From positions 10,027-74,026 of the forward strand of contig DATIIV010000020.1 of NCBI GenBank assembly GCA_035479295.1: DNA of 64,000 bases. The letters are read 5' to 3'. Position numbers and translations under genes: made by a program. The notes beneath the pieces are model-generated. The model worked only from the letters and a program-made list of their open reading frames with translations, ran no database searches and was not told the origin of the DNA. The DNA is from Candidatus Saccharimonadia bacterium. GTDB lineage: Bacteria; Patescibacteriota; Saccharimonadia; UBA4664. Below, piece after piece: positions 38,433-47,976 of this stretch (its first letter is position 1; each line of letters opens with the position of its first letter).

Positions 38433-39905
38433 TTGCGGTCGTCCCTGACTTGGTGGAAGTCTTCGCCGGTGATACCGCACCCTGGCGGGACGAGCAAATG
38501 CTTAACTCGAAAGAGCAGCGTGAGGCAGAATCGCTGGAGCTTATTAAGGCGCTTTCCATGGATTGCTCAAACCATTGGTGAATACGAATCGCGCGGTAGC
38601 AATAAAGCAAAATTCGTGTGGGCCGTAGGCAAGATTCTTCCACTCCTGACGCGTAAGCTTGAACAGGGGCGCTATTACATTGAGAATGGCATTACCAAAC
38701 AACGCTTTGACGATAGCCTAGTCGATCATAGACGGAAAGCCCATGCTCATCCAAAAATTAGTAGCTACTATGAACAGCTGCGGGAAATTTTCGAAACCCA
38801 TCAAGAACGACTCCTAGAGAGGCTTGTGATGACAAAACCAAAAGTCGCAGTCATCGTTGATGGCCCGGACCCCGACAATTACGTCTGCATTTTGGCCGCG
38901 CTCAGCTCGCTGATGTGCTACGAAGTTGTGGCCGTCATCATGACCGGACGCCCGGTATCAGCGAGCGCGGGCGCGCTGCCTTATGTACTCAATCCGTATG
39001 CCAGCAGGGCGGTGCGGCGGGATAACGCTTTGCACGCGAAGGGCATCCTCATGCGGCACGGCGGCGAACGGATCCTCGTGTTTGAGGGCGGCAGAGCGCC
39101 ATTCTCGACGATTCCACACGACAAGCACATCCACGAGCGAGTTACGGATGTGTACGACGACGCACACGCCGGCCACATGCCGGCCGGCGACATCGACGAC
39201 GCCGTGAGTTTCCTCGCGGGGCTGGACGGACCGATTCACGTGATCTGCGGTGGCCCGATGACGGATCTGGCGTACTTGATGCGCCAGCCGATGCTGGAAG
39301 GCAAGCTGGGGATCGTCACGGCGCAACTGGGGATGTTTAACCTCGGGACCGTGAAGACGATCGCGGGCGGGCGGCGACAGTTCAATGTCCTGGCTGATGT
39401 CGGTGCAGCCTACGATGTGCTGACGCACCTTTCTAGCCCGTTCTACCTGGTCCCGACCGACATCACCAAGCACGATGATCACGCGTTCCATAGCGTTGAT
39501 GAGTTGGGTATCCTGTCCCGGTCGAAGGCCTTCGACGAAGTGACGATGATGTACGACCTGGCTTGGCCGCATATGTGGGGTAAGCTGGGAATCCCGGCTC
39601 ACGTTCACGACTTCCACCCGGCCGAGCTGATGGACCTGCTGCTGCGCGAAGACCCGATGCATCACGTCCGACCCTCGCAGGTAGGGCGTGATGTGATCGG
39701 TAGGTACAGCATTTCACCGGTCGGGATCAAGCATGTGCCTCATCTCTTGTTCGAGAAGCACCGCTGGGGCGAAATCGATCTTGGCCTCGCCAACCCGCAA
39801 CTGCCGTCCCGGTTTCTCGTAGACGGCTGCGACACAAGCGGCCACCGCCGAATTCTGGCGGCCACGCTCAACGCCGTAGGCAGTTCTCAGCTTCAGATGA
39901 CATAA
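38433..39905 (+). CDS. hypothetical protein (possibly starting internally at MTKPKVAVIVDG, nt 38829); weak nucleoside-hydrolase-like N-terminal Asp cluster
   Basis: 490-aa ORF. The first ~130 codons are in a lower-GC stretch. VIVDGPDPDNY Asp-rich motif; otherwise no firm family. Confidence 0.4.
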   Translation: MRSSLTWWKSSPVIPHPGGTSKCLTRKSSVRQNRWSLLRRFPWIAQTIGEYESRGSNKAKFVWAVGKILPLLTRKLEQGRYYIENGITKQRFDDSLVDHRRKAHAHPKISSYYEQLREIFETHQERLLERLVMTKPKVAVIVDGPDPDNYVCILAALSSLMCYEVVAVIMTGRPVSASAGALPYVLNPYASRAVRRDNALHAKGILMRHGGERILVFEGGRAPFSTIPHDKHIHERVTDVYDDAHAGHMPAGDIDDAVSFLAGLDGPIHVICGGPMTDLAYLMRQPMLEGKLGIVTAQLGMFNLGTVKTIAGGRRQFNVLADVGAAYDVLTHLSSPFYLVPTDITKHDDHAFHSVDELGILSRSKAFDEVTMMYDLAWPHMWGKLGIPAHVHDFHPAELMDLLLREDPMHHVRPSQVGRDVIGRYSISPVGIKHVPHLLFEKHRWGEIDLGLANPQLPSRFLVDGCDTSGHRRILAATLNAVGSSQLQMT

Positions 39906-39908
39906 CAC

Positions 39909-39935
39909 CTTGTGCCCCCGCGCAGAGCGGGGGCA
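39909..39935 (+). terminator. hairpin GTGCCCCCG-CGCAGAG-CGGGGGCAC
   Basis: 9-bp GC stem directly after the stop codon. Confidence 0.5.
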
Positions 39936-40081
39936 CTCATTACATTTATGAAGACCACAAGCAGAGCCTTTATTCTCAATACCATCGTCTTCATCGAGCT
40001 CAAAAGTTTGGACTAGGGACTGCCACCCCTGCCGCCAGGCTTCTAGTGAGCCTGCGCTAACCTAAATAAGTGCTCTTCTCG

Positions 40082-40115
40082 GGTCTGCCTTCGGTTTTTG
40101 CGCCGAAGGCAGACC
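40082..40115. repeat. perfect 13-bp inverted repeat GGTCTGCCTTCGG-TTTTTGCG-CCGAAGGCAGACC
   Basis: Seen in the sequence between convergent genes (39905 + and 40169 -). Confidence 0.5.
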
Positions 40116-40168
40116 TCTTGACTCGAGGCTCCAGTACTCCAAAACCCAGAGCAGTGAAGTCTAATTAG

Positions 40169-40774
40169 TCAGCTGAAGCATTTGGCGCAACCGCCGTGAG
40201 CCTTCCATAGCTCTTGCCAGCAGGACACGCCGTCTTGCAGCAGGATTTCGTAAGGGCTGCGCTTACGTGACTTGAGTGGGTCAACTGACTCAAAGATGCA
40301 GCCGGCAACCTGAAGTAGCTTTTCTTCATGCCGGAATTCGGTATCTGGCCAGGGCAAGGCTTCGAACGAGAGTTGCCCGTGGTCCTCGTACATCTGTTGC
40401 CCCACAAACTTCATCCGCGGCAGCAGGGGCGCAATCGTTACCTGGTGGAGACGGCGCAGCTCTGGGTAAGTGAGGCGCAAGTATGCCCAATTCTCCTGCA
40501 CGCAGGTAGAGCGGCCTTCCTTTCTGAACTGCGGCAGGTACTCCGGGTGACGCCGACTCATGTAGGCCTCGGCGACGTCGCACTCGCGAATGCCTCGATC
40601 GGCCTCGCCGGCCCAATAGTTGCCGCAGAACACGAGTAGCGGTGCTGCGCCCCGGCTCAGCAGCTCAACGGCACGGTCTATCTCTTGGTAAACGAACGGC
40701 TCAAACTCTCGCTCACTTCCGTTCTTTTCTCGGAGGCGGTTTCCAAATACCACAATGGCATCATAGGCTGGCAC
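40169..40774 (-). CDS. DUF218 / YdcF-like protein
   Basis: DAIVVFGNRL...LLVFCGNYW...EAYM pattern typical of DUF218. Confidence 0.55.
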   Translation of the reverse strand: MPAYDAIVVFGNRLREKNGSEREFEPFVYQEIDRAVELLSRGAAPLLVFCGNYWAGEADRGIRECDVAEAYMSRRHPEYLPQFRKEGRSTCVQENWAYLRLTYPELRRLHQVTIAPLLPRMKFVGQQMYEDHGQLSFEALPWPDTEFRHEEKLLQVAGCIFESVDPLKSRKRSPYEILLQDGVSCWQELWKAHGGCAKCFS

Positions 40775-40879
40775 GCGCCTAGTGTATTCGATTTGCCGAC
40801 AGGTTGCTTGTCTAATACTACAAATTAAGGCCGTTTCTGGAGTCGCTTTAGAGGATGATATAGTACCTAGGTCTATTAT

Positions 40880-41083
40880 ATGAGTCTTGATTACTTAGAA
40901 CATTTGGTTAAGAGAACCATAGCGGCCGGCAAGCCCTGGGGTGTCGGACCTACCCGGGCTTGGCTAGAGGTGCTAAACGACCAGCTGATAGTTCAAGAGG
41001 CGCTATGGCGGGACGGCCAGCGAGTCGAACGGATTGAGCCGCCGGGCGAGAGGAGCTGGGTGCTGGGTCGTTACGTGCTCTAG
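40880..41083 (+). CDS. hypothetical small protein
   Basis: 67-aa ORF, lower-GC region. Confidence 0.3.
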   Translation: MSLDYLEHLVKRTIAAGKPWGVGPTRAWLEVLNDQLIVQEALWRDGQRVERIEPPGERSWVLGRYVL

Positions 41084-41102
41084 GGGATGGTATGCTAGGT
41101 GC

Positions 41103-41453
41103 ATGAACGAGCCAGTGGTAACCATTAAAGAGGCGCAGCAGCTGGTTAAGGACTTTGCGGTCCGCAATGGCTGGAGAGACCTGCCCAACGTCGACAAATT
41201 TGATCATCTTCACGAAGAGCTAATTGAGATGTCGCAGCACTTACGGTATAAAGACGAAGCCGAGCGATTGGCGACGATCAAGGACAAAGCCGAGGTCTTT
41301 AAAGACGGGATAGGGGACTTATTCTTTGCGCTGTGCCGGCTGGCCAATCAGCTGGATGTAGACGTTGAAGAGGCGTTTAATATGGCTCAGCAAGAGATTT
41401 TGGCCAAGTACGATCACAAAAATAATGAGAACAATTTGATCAAGGGAGCTTAG
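41103..41453 (+). CDS. MazG-like nucleotide pyrophosphohydrolase (single-domain)
   Basis: FDHLHEELIEMSQ...IGDLFFALCRLANQLDVDVEEA, an all-alpha NTP-PPase EExxE/D pattern. Start at MNEPVV. Confidence 0.65.
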   Translation: MNEPVVTIKEAQQLVKDFAVRNGWRDLPNVDKFDHLHEELIEMSQHLRYKDEAERLATIKDKAEVFKDGIGDLFFALCRLANQLDVDVEEAFNMAQQEILAKYDHKNNENNLIKGA

Positions 41454-41752
41454 CGCCCCTCAAGCACTTCGCGGAACTTGCCCCACTCGACCAGGACAGT
41501 GTCCACATTTCGCTTGGGCACTATGGCGCGAATGGCTGCTTCTACCCGTTGGACACAGACGGCGCTGAGCCCGGCCCTGTTCTCTACGACGGCCGAATAG
41601 AACGCATCTGCGATCTCCCACGAGTTAACGAACTCGTTGCCTAGCTTTTGGCCTACCGTAGTGGTGACCGAGCTACATTCCGGTCCCAGGCTGTCACCAG
41701 CCAGTTGTTCTATGGCTTGCCGCGATGGTAGACGGTAGCGAGTTTGGTCCAA
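41450..41752 (-). CDS. hypothetical protein
   Basis: 100-aa ORF, no motif. Confidence 0.35.
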   Translation of the reverse strand: MDQTRYRLPSRQAIEQLAGDSLGPECSSVTTTVGQKLGNEFVNSWEIADAFYSAVVENRAGLSAVCVQRVEAAIRAIVPKRNVDTVLVEWGKFREVLEGR

Positions 41753-41844
41753 TGCTATTCCTTAGGCCTTTTCTGATAATATCACGGCCGTCAATAATAC
41801 TTATTACGCTTATGCTTTTGAACTGAGGCTGGAGAGGTTTGCCA

Positions 41845-41873
41845 TTGACAAACTGCATGTGGGATACCATAAT
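41845..41873 (+). promoter_or_regulatory. promoter TTGACA-N17-CATAAT
   Basis: Consensus -35 hexamer upstream of ORF 41915. Confidence 0.4.
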
Positions 41874-41914
41874 GTAGAAACGGTCCTTCCGAACCCAATG
41901 CGAATGGAGTTCTC

Positions 41915-42328
41915 ATGTTTGGTCGCACCACGCTCCGCGAATGGCCCGAGTGGGGCGCAGAGTTCGCGCTCCTAACCTTGTTCTTGCCCGTCGTCGCGGT
42001 GGTGGCAGTGCCACTGTGGGCCGACGAGCTCAATCCGGGCTCGCCCCACGGCTGGCTCCCCATTGTCGCGGTCTTCGTTTACGCCGTGATCAACGCGGTG
42101 CCGCCCATGCTCCGCTGCAACCAGATGAAGGCCATCGGCCTGGTGGGCATTGCGCTGGTGCACGTCATCGTCGCGACCTTCCTGGGGCGGGAGCTCTTCG
42201 GCAGCCTGGCGCAGGGTGTCTACAACGGCAATATCGTGGGAGCCCTGGTCGCTGGCAGCGTGCTCGTGGTGTTCATCGCCCACCTGTCCCTGTCGCCTGC
42301 CGCCAAGACCTTGGCCGCCCAGAGCTGA
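41915..42328 (+). CDS. hypothetical membrane protein (4 TM)
   Basis: Hydrophobic helices. Confidence 0.4.
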   Translation: MFGRTTLREWPEWGAEFALLTLFLPVVAVVAVPLWADELNPGSPHGWLPIVAVFVYAVINAVPPMLRCNQMKAIGLVGIALVHVIVATFLGRELFGSLAQGVYNGNIVGALVAGSVLVVFIAHLSLSPAAKTLAAQS

Positions 42329-42424
42329 CCATCCCGACCGCCCTGCGCCACCCGCGCTTGCTTTCTTCGCCGCCAGGCGCACCTCGTGTGTGCCTGGCGG
42401 TTCGTCGTTTGGGGCGAGAGCTGG

Positions 42425-43537
42425 TTAGGTAACCAGCGGCAGCTCAAACCAGAATGTGCTGCCGGTGCCCTCTGTGGAGTCAAAGCCGATCCGGCCACCG
42501 TGGTGCTCCACGAAGTACTTGGCGATGGCCAGCCCCACGCCCGACGAATCCGGCTGCAGCACCGAGGCGTTGGAGGCGCGAAAGAAGGCCGTAAACACGT
42601 TGCTCTGCTCGGCGGCCGGAATGCCGGCGCCGGTATCGGTGATCTCGAACCGGACCGCCTGATCGGTCTGTCGCAGCGAGCTGGTGATGGTGCCGTCGGT
42701 GCCGGTGTAGGCGGCGGCGTTCTCGGCCAGCTTCTCCAGCACCAGCCGAATGTCTTCCGGGTCGACGAACAGCGGATTAAGCGGTTGTTTGGGCGCAGTA
42801 TATTTGCAGGTAATGCCCTTAACCTTGCAGCTCTTCATCCACTCCACCATGATCGACTTCCAGAGGCTCTCGATCGAGGTCTTCTGCTTACTCAGCATTA
42901 CCCGGCCCTCTTCCATATCGATAACCAGCAGGAGGTCGCGAATGCGCGTCACCAGCTTCTGGTTGGCGTCGTAGGCAATGCGCAGGATCTCGCGCTGGGT
43001 TGGCTTAACTGCGCCAACTTCGCCGCCCAGCACATGCGCTAGATTCCAGCCCACCACCGTCAGCGGCGTACGTAGCTGGTGAGCCATAATGCCGATGAAC
43101 TTCTGCCGCAGCTCATTAAGATGGGTATTGCGGCGCTCGGCATCTTTTTTGGCATAGGCGTTTCTGAGAGCGGTGGGCAGACGCTGGAGGTTATCTTTTA
43201 GAATATAATCGTCGATACCAGCCTTGATAATCTCGACCACCGTGGCCTCAGGCAGCGCGCCGGTTACCAGCAAGAACGGCGCCTCGATCTGCTGCTGGCG
43301 CGTCAGGGTAAAGGCCTCCAGGCCGTTAAAGTCGGGCAGCGAGTAGTCGGACAGGATGACGTCGGGCCGCTCCTCATCGAGAGCCGCCACGAAATCGGCC
43401 TTGGTGCTAACTCGCCGCGCTGTAAAGGCGATTTCACCCTTCTTAAGTTCGTGTTGCACCAGCTCGGCGTCGGCGGCCACGTCCTCGAGCATAAGGATTT
43501 TGAGCGGCGGCGCTTTGATAGGAGATTGCTCGGTCAT
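42425..43537 (-). CDS. hybrid receiver-histidine kinase (REC-HisKA-HATPase_c)
   Basis: N-terminal receiver (LMLEDVAADAEL...DVILSDYSLPDFNG), H-box MAHQLRTPLTVV, and C-terminal ATPase G-boxes. Confidence 0.8.
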   Translation of the reverse strand: MTEQSPIKAPPLKILMLEDVAADAELVQHELKKGEIAFTARRVSTKADFVAALDEERPDVILSDYSLPDFNGLEAFTLTRQQQIEAPFLLVTGALPEATVVEIIKAGIDDYILKDNLQRLPTALRNAYAKKDAERRNTHLNELRQKFIGIMAHQLRTPLTVVGWNLAHVLGGEVGAVKPTQREILRIAYDANQKLVTRIRDLLLVIDMEEGRVMLSKQKTSIESLWKSIMVEWMKSCKVKGITCKYTAPKQPLNPLFVDPEDIRLVLEKLAENAAAYTGTDGTITSSLRQTDQAVRFEITDTGAGIPAAEQSNVFTAFFRASNASVLQPDSSGVGLAIAKYFVEHHGGRIGFDSTEGTGSTFWFELPLVT

Positions 43538-43539
43538 GG

Positions 43540-43983
43540 CTAGTTAGGCAGCCGGTTAATCGCCATCCAGTACAGGCCAGCCTGCGACAGCACCTCGACG
43601 AATTTATCAAAGTCGACCGGCTTCTGAATGTAGCTGTTGACGCCCAATTTGTAGCACTCCTTCAGGTCGGTATTCTCCTGCGATGAGGTGACCATAACGA
43701 CCGGGATCGACTTGGTATGGTCGTCGCTCTTAATTTTGCGCAGCACCTCAATGCCATTGACCTTGGGTAGTTTGAGGTCGAGCAGGACCACTTTGGGGCC
43801 CACCTCGGCGTTGCGGTCGGCGTAGCGTCCGGTAGCAAAAATGTACTCCAGCGCCTCCTGGCCGTCCGACACCGTAAAGATCTTGTTGGCCAAATTGCGC
43901 TTCTTGAAGGCGCGCAACGTTAGCTCCACATCGCTAGGGTTATCCTCGACCAGTAATATTTCTATTTCACTATAATTCTGCAT
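43540..43983 (-). CDS. single-domain response regulator (CheY/Rcp1-like receiver)
   Basis: [10 protein letters not shown]...[12 protein letters not shown]...MVTSS receiver motifs; no output domain. Confidence 0.85.
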   Translation of the reverse strand: MQNYSEIEILLVEDNPSDVELTLRAFKKRNLANKIFTVSDGQEALEYIFATGRYADRNAEVGPKVVLLDLKLPKVNGIEVLRKIKSDDHTKSIPVVMVTSSQENTDLKECYKLGVNSYIQKPVDFDKFVEVLSQAGLYWMAINRLPN

Positions 43984-45800
43984 TACGTCTCCTTCTGGTG
44001 GTTTTTATGATCATCGGTGCGGGGCAGGGTAAACGAGATCATGGCGCCTTCGCCCACCTTGCCCTCGGCCCAGACCCGGCCGCCGTGGCGAGTGACGATG
44101 CGCTTAATGATGGCCAGGCCCACGCCGGTGCCCTCAAAATCTTTCTGGTCATGTAGCCGCTGGAACACGCCAAACAGCTTATCAACAAAGGTCATATCAA
44201 AACCAGCACCATTGTCACGAACGTAGTAAATGATCTCGTGCGGCCCGGTTTTGGCACCGGCCTCAATAATGGCCGGCTGCTTGTGGCGGGTAAATTTAAT
44301 GGCATTCGAAAGCAAATTAGCCCAAACCTGGCGCACCAGCCCCGCGTCGGCCGGCACTTGCGGTAGATCGTCCAGCACAAACTTGATTGAGCGGTTGGGG
44401 TTTACTACTTTGAGCTCATCGAAGACCTCTTGCGCCAGCTTCTTCATATCGACCGGCTGCTTCTTAACCTCCTGCCGCCCCAGACGCGAGAAGGCCAACA
44501 GGTCATCGATGAGCGTCCCCATCTGTTGGGTGCTGGCAATAATGGTGCTGAGCAAGTGCTGGCCGTCGGCATCGATCTTGGTGGCATAATCCTCGGCCAA
44601 GATCTTGGAGAAGCCGTCGATGGCCCGCAGGGGCGCGCGCAGGTCGTGCGAGACCGAGTAGCTAAACGACTCTAGCTCTTTGTTGGTGTTCTCGAGCTGT
44701 TGGGTGCGCTCGGCTACCTTTTGCTCCAGATTGCCGCGCGCCTCCTGAAGCTGCTCCAGCATGTGGTTAAAGGTGGTAGCCAGGCCGCCGATCTCATCGC
44801 GGGAGAGCACCAGGGCCCGCTGGGCGGTGTCGCCGCCAGCGATGCGCTTGGCCACCACCGAGAGCTGGATGATCGGCCCCGTAATCGTCTGCACAAAGAA
44901 TAAGATGACCATAATCACAAACAGACTAAACATGAGCGTGACGATGAGAATGTTGTCGCGCAGCTGGTCGGCCGCCCGAAACACCTCGCTGGCATTGACC
45001 TTAGTAATCAAGGCAACATTGTAGGCGGGAATGTATTTGAGCGTGTAGAAGAATGGCGCCGATGCCGTAGTAACCAGCCCGCTACTGCTACCGGTATGGT
45101 TGGCCAGCGCCTTTACGATAGCTGGCGCCATCAGTTGTTGGCGCAGTTCGGCTTGCTGCGGATCGCTGGCCTTAAAGCGGCTGCTGCCCAGGGTCACGCT
45201 GCCGTCGGCCTGGCGTCGTGCAAACATAATGTCGCCGGTGGCGCCGAGTCCGGTATAGTCTTGCACGATAGTCGCTAGCTGCTGGCCTTGATCGATAAAC
45301 TCCAGTCGGCCCACCACGACGCCGTTAGTAGTAATGGGCTGCCGAATACTCACGGCCGGCAAGTCGTTATTGGGCAGCAAAAAGTCCACCGCTCCCGTCT
45401 GCGGCGGTGCGATCTGGCCGATCAGCTTGGGCTCGGTGGAGGCGATAATTCGGTTCTGCAGGTCGAGCACCGAGATCGAGTTAGTCTTCTCTAGGGCCCG
45501 CCGAACGCCCATCAGATAGCTATTTATCTGCTGCTGAGTAGCCTGGCTGGGATTGCGTTGATAGTCCGTCACCAAATCAATCAGGGTTGGCCGCGTCGCG
45601 GTTAACGTCACATCATCGCTATAGCCATTAATGAAGAGGTGGGTGCGGGACTCCTTAAAGGCGTTAATGTTCTGAACATTGTTGGTGGCCTCCTTGGTAA
45701 TGGCGGCGCGAGCCGAGACAAGCGTAAAGATACTGGTAAGCGTTAGCGGCATAACGGCTGTGAGCAAAAAGATAACGAGAAACTTGCTGCGAATTGTCAT
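43983..45800 (-). CDS. sensor histidine kinase with ~270-aa extracytoplasmic (Cache-like) domain, HAMP, HisKA, HATPase_c
   Basis: TM-periplasmic-TM architecture, HAMP ([27 protein letters not shown]), H-box [13 protein letters not shown] boxes. Confidence 0.85.
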   Translation of the reverse strand: MTIRSKFLVIFLLTAVMPLTLTSIFTLVSARAAITKEATNNVQNINAFKESRTHLFINGYSDDVTLTATRPTLIDLVTDYQRNPSQATQQQINSYLMGVRRALEKTNSISVLDLQNRIIASTEPKLIGQIAPPQTGAVDFLLPNNDLPAVSIRQPITTNGVVVGRLEFIDQGQQLATIVQDYTGLGATGDIMFARRQADGSVTLGSSRFKASDPQQAELRQQLMAPAIVKALANHTGSSSGLVTTASAPFFYTLKYIPAYNVALITKVNASEVFRAADQLRDNILIVTLMFSLFVIMVILFFVQTITGPIIQLSVVAKRIAGGDTAQRALVLSRDEIGGLATTFNHMLEQLQEARGNLEQKVAERTQQLENTNKELESFSYSVSHDLRAPLRAIDGFSKILAEDYATKIDADGQHLLSTIIASTQQMGTLIDDLLAFSRLGRQEVKKQPVDMKKLAQEVFDELKVVNPNRSIKFVLDDLPQVPADAGLVRQVWANLLSNAIKFTRHKQPAIIEAGAKTGPHEIIYYVRDNGAGFDMTFVDKLFGVFQRLHDQKDFEGTGVGLAIIKRIVTRHGGRVWAEGKVGEGAMISFTLPRTDDHKNHQKET

Positions 45801-46759
45801 GGGGCCACCACCTTCGCGCTGACTGTTCTGAGCCGCTTGATGCCGAGCGCCAGCAGCAAAAAGCCAAAGCCTTGCAACAAGATAAACGCAAACAATACCA
45901 GGAGCAAAGCCCCTAGGCCAATAGTAACTAATCGAGCGGCGCCCAGTGATAGTACGCTTTGCAGCAGAATCGAGCTAAAGATGATCGCCCATAATCCGTA
46001 CATTACGCGGGTGAGCGACTTAAAATAGTCAGTACTGGAGAGGTACGGCAGGAGGTCATTGAGGGTAAAGGCCACCGAGAAACCCAGCCACCAGGTTACA
46101 AACACCGGCACAATAATGGTGAGGACGATCAGCCAATCCGGTAGGTAGTAGCTGGCCAAGATTAGATTGCTTTGGGGTACCTGTCGGTTGGGATTGGTAA
46201 AGACTAAAAAGACGTAAAAAGCTCCGATCACCAAGATAATAATGGTCTTAATGATGGCGTCGCTCAACGGAGATTGCGCCATAATTTTGCGGTAAGCCGC
46301 CTTTAGCTGCTCGATGCCACGAAAGATCTCCCACACGCCAATGAGGAGCGGAAAAACATAGAGGTAGTTAGTAATAATAGTAATAACTGGTTTACTGATA
46401 GGCTCGGTAAAGTAGGGTCGGAGTGAACCAATGATGGCCGACACAACGAGGCCGATTACCACCCACCACAGACCACGGCGCAGGCCGGCCATGAGGGGCG
46501 CAAACTCCCTGCCCGCCGTGGCCTTGGACCTCAGGTAGTCGTCAAGCAAGGTGAGACCGTACACTCCCAACACCCAGGTGATAAGGTAGGGGATAGTGAG
46601 GGTAAGCCGTAGTAGCATGAGCTGGATTGGCTCGAGATGGATAGCGCTGCTGGTAGTAGGCGCAAAGCTGGTAAAACCCAGGTATAGCACGATAGCTACG
46701 CCAAGCAGACTATAATTGCGGCGGGCGGGGAACCAAAACGATTGAGCGGTTGTGGTCAT
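45797..46759 (-). CDS. hypothetical polytopic membrane protein
   Basis: At least eight hydrophobic helices. Confidence 0.45.
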   Translation of the reverse strand: MTTTAQSFWFPARRNYSLLGVAIVLYLGFTSFAPTTSSAIHLEPIQLMLLRLTLTIPYLITWVLGVYGLTLLDDYLRSKATAGREFAPLMAGLRRGLWWVVIGLVVSAIIGSLRPYFTEPISKPVITIITNYLYVFPLLIGVWEIFRGIEQLKAAYRKIMAQSPLSDAIIKTIIILVIGAFYVFLVFTNPNRQVPQSNLILASYYLPDWLIVLTIIVPVFVTWWLGFSVAFTLNDLLPYLSSTDYFKSLTRVMYGLWAIIFSSILLQSVLSLGAARLVTIGLGALLLVLFAFILLQGFGFLLLALGIKRLRTVSAKVVAP

Positions 46760-46772
46760 GGTGGCTCCGAGG

Positions 46773-47585
46773 TTAGCTTAAGGACATAGTTTTACTAGAG
46801 GGCTCATTCATGGTGGTAAAGCGTTCGTTGCTCTTGAGCACCTCGCTTAAGAAGTCAGCGAAGTACCCCCGGCCCACGGCCGCCGACACAATGCCACTGA
46901 CATCCTTGGGTAGGCACTTGCCGCCAAAGCCTCGCTTATTGGCAAAGACGCTGGAGAAGGCGCGTCCAACCCGCTCGTCGAGCAGCCAGCCTTCGCGCAC
47001 GCGGTGCCAATTAAGGCCGAACGTCTTGGTGATCTCGTAGAATTCATTAGCAAAGGTGACTTTGGCGGCCAGGTACGAGTTGGCCATATATTTAATGAGC
47101 TCAGCCTCGCTAGCGCTGCAACTATAGTAGGTGGCGTGCGGACCCATCACTGGCTCAAAGATGTCAAAGTAGTAGCCCACCTCGTCGTCGGGACCGCCCA
47201 CAATTACGAACGGCGTCTCGGCGATCGATTGATGGATCGGATTAAAATAAGTGCTCTCGCCAATGTACTCCGGCGAGAAGCAGATCTTTTTGCCGGTCTG
47301 TACCCGCAGGCGCTCGGTGGTAGTGGGTGGCACCGTCGATTTAATGAGAATGCGCGGATTATCGAGCCGCTTGAGCGCCCGCTCTACAATCGAAGTGTCG
47401 CACGAACCGTCCAGCCCGATCGGCGTGGGCACGCAGATGACGGCCAGCTCGCACTCCCGAATGGCTGCCTCCGGGTACTCAGCGTTGTGGGCCGGATCGT
47501 AGGTGGTGAGGTCGTAGTGCTGTCTCAGGAAGTCCTTAAACGCTTTGCCTACGTAGCCTTGACCGATAATGGCAATCTTCTTCAT
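46773..47585 (-). CDS. UDP-glucose/GDP-mannose dehydrogenase family protein, C-terminally short (~270 aa)
   Basis: KIAIIGQGYVGK Rossmann motif, SPEYIGEST, catalytic GFGGKCLPKD, but no UDP-binding C-terminal domain. Start at MKKIAII (AAGGAAGG ribosome-binding site) rather than the ORF-track 47708. Confidence 0.65.
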   Translation of the reverse strand: MKKIAIIGQGYVGKAFKDFLRQHYDLTTYDPAHNAEYPEAAIRECELAVICVPTPIGLDGSCDTSIVERALKRLDNPRILIKSTVPPTTTERLRVQTGKKICFSPEYIGESTYFNPIHQSIAETPFVIVGGPDDEVGYYFDIFEPVMGPHATYYSCSASEAELIKYMANSYLAAKVTFANEFYEITKTFGLNWHRVREGWLLDERVGRAFSSVFANKRGFGGKCLPKDVSGIVSAAVGRGYFADFLSEVLKSNERFTTMNEPSSKTMSLS

Positions 47586-47598
47586 TCTCACCCCTTCC

Positions 47599-47976
47599 TT
47601 ACGCACCGGCCTCTTGCAGCGCCTGAGCGATCTGTAGCCCCAGCTGACGCATCGAAACCTGCGATTTAACGATATATTCCTTAACGCCGTAGGCTTTGCC
47701 GGCCTCAATATCCTCGTTCTTCTCGAGGTTGCTCAAGATAAAGACCGGAATCTTGCTGCCCAAATTAACCCGGAGCTCTTGTAGCACCTGCAGCCCATTC
47801 TTGCGCGGCATAATAATGTCGAGCAGTAGCAGATCGACGGGCTGGGACTTAAGAACCTCAATGGTCTGCTCACCGTCCTCGGCTGTCACAACGTTAAATC
47901 CTAATCCTCTAACTTTCTTCGACAACAGCTTTAGTAAACTCGGCTCGTCTTCGGCAATGAGTATAGTTTTTGCCAC
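47599..47976 (-). CDS. orphan single-domain response regulator
   Basis: ILIAEDEPSLL...LLLLDIIMPRKNG...ILSN receiver motifs. Confidence 0.85.
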   Translation of the reverse strand: MAKTILIAEDEPSLLKLLSKKVRGLGFNVVTAEDGEQTIEVLKSQPVDLLLLDIIMPRKNGLQVLQELRVNLGSKIPVFILSNLEKNEDIEAGKAYGVKEYIVKSQVSMRQLGLQIAQALQEAGA

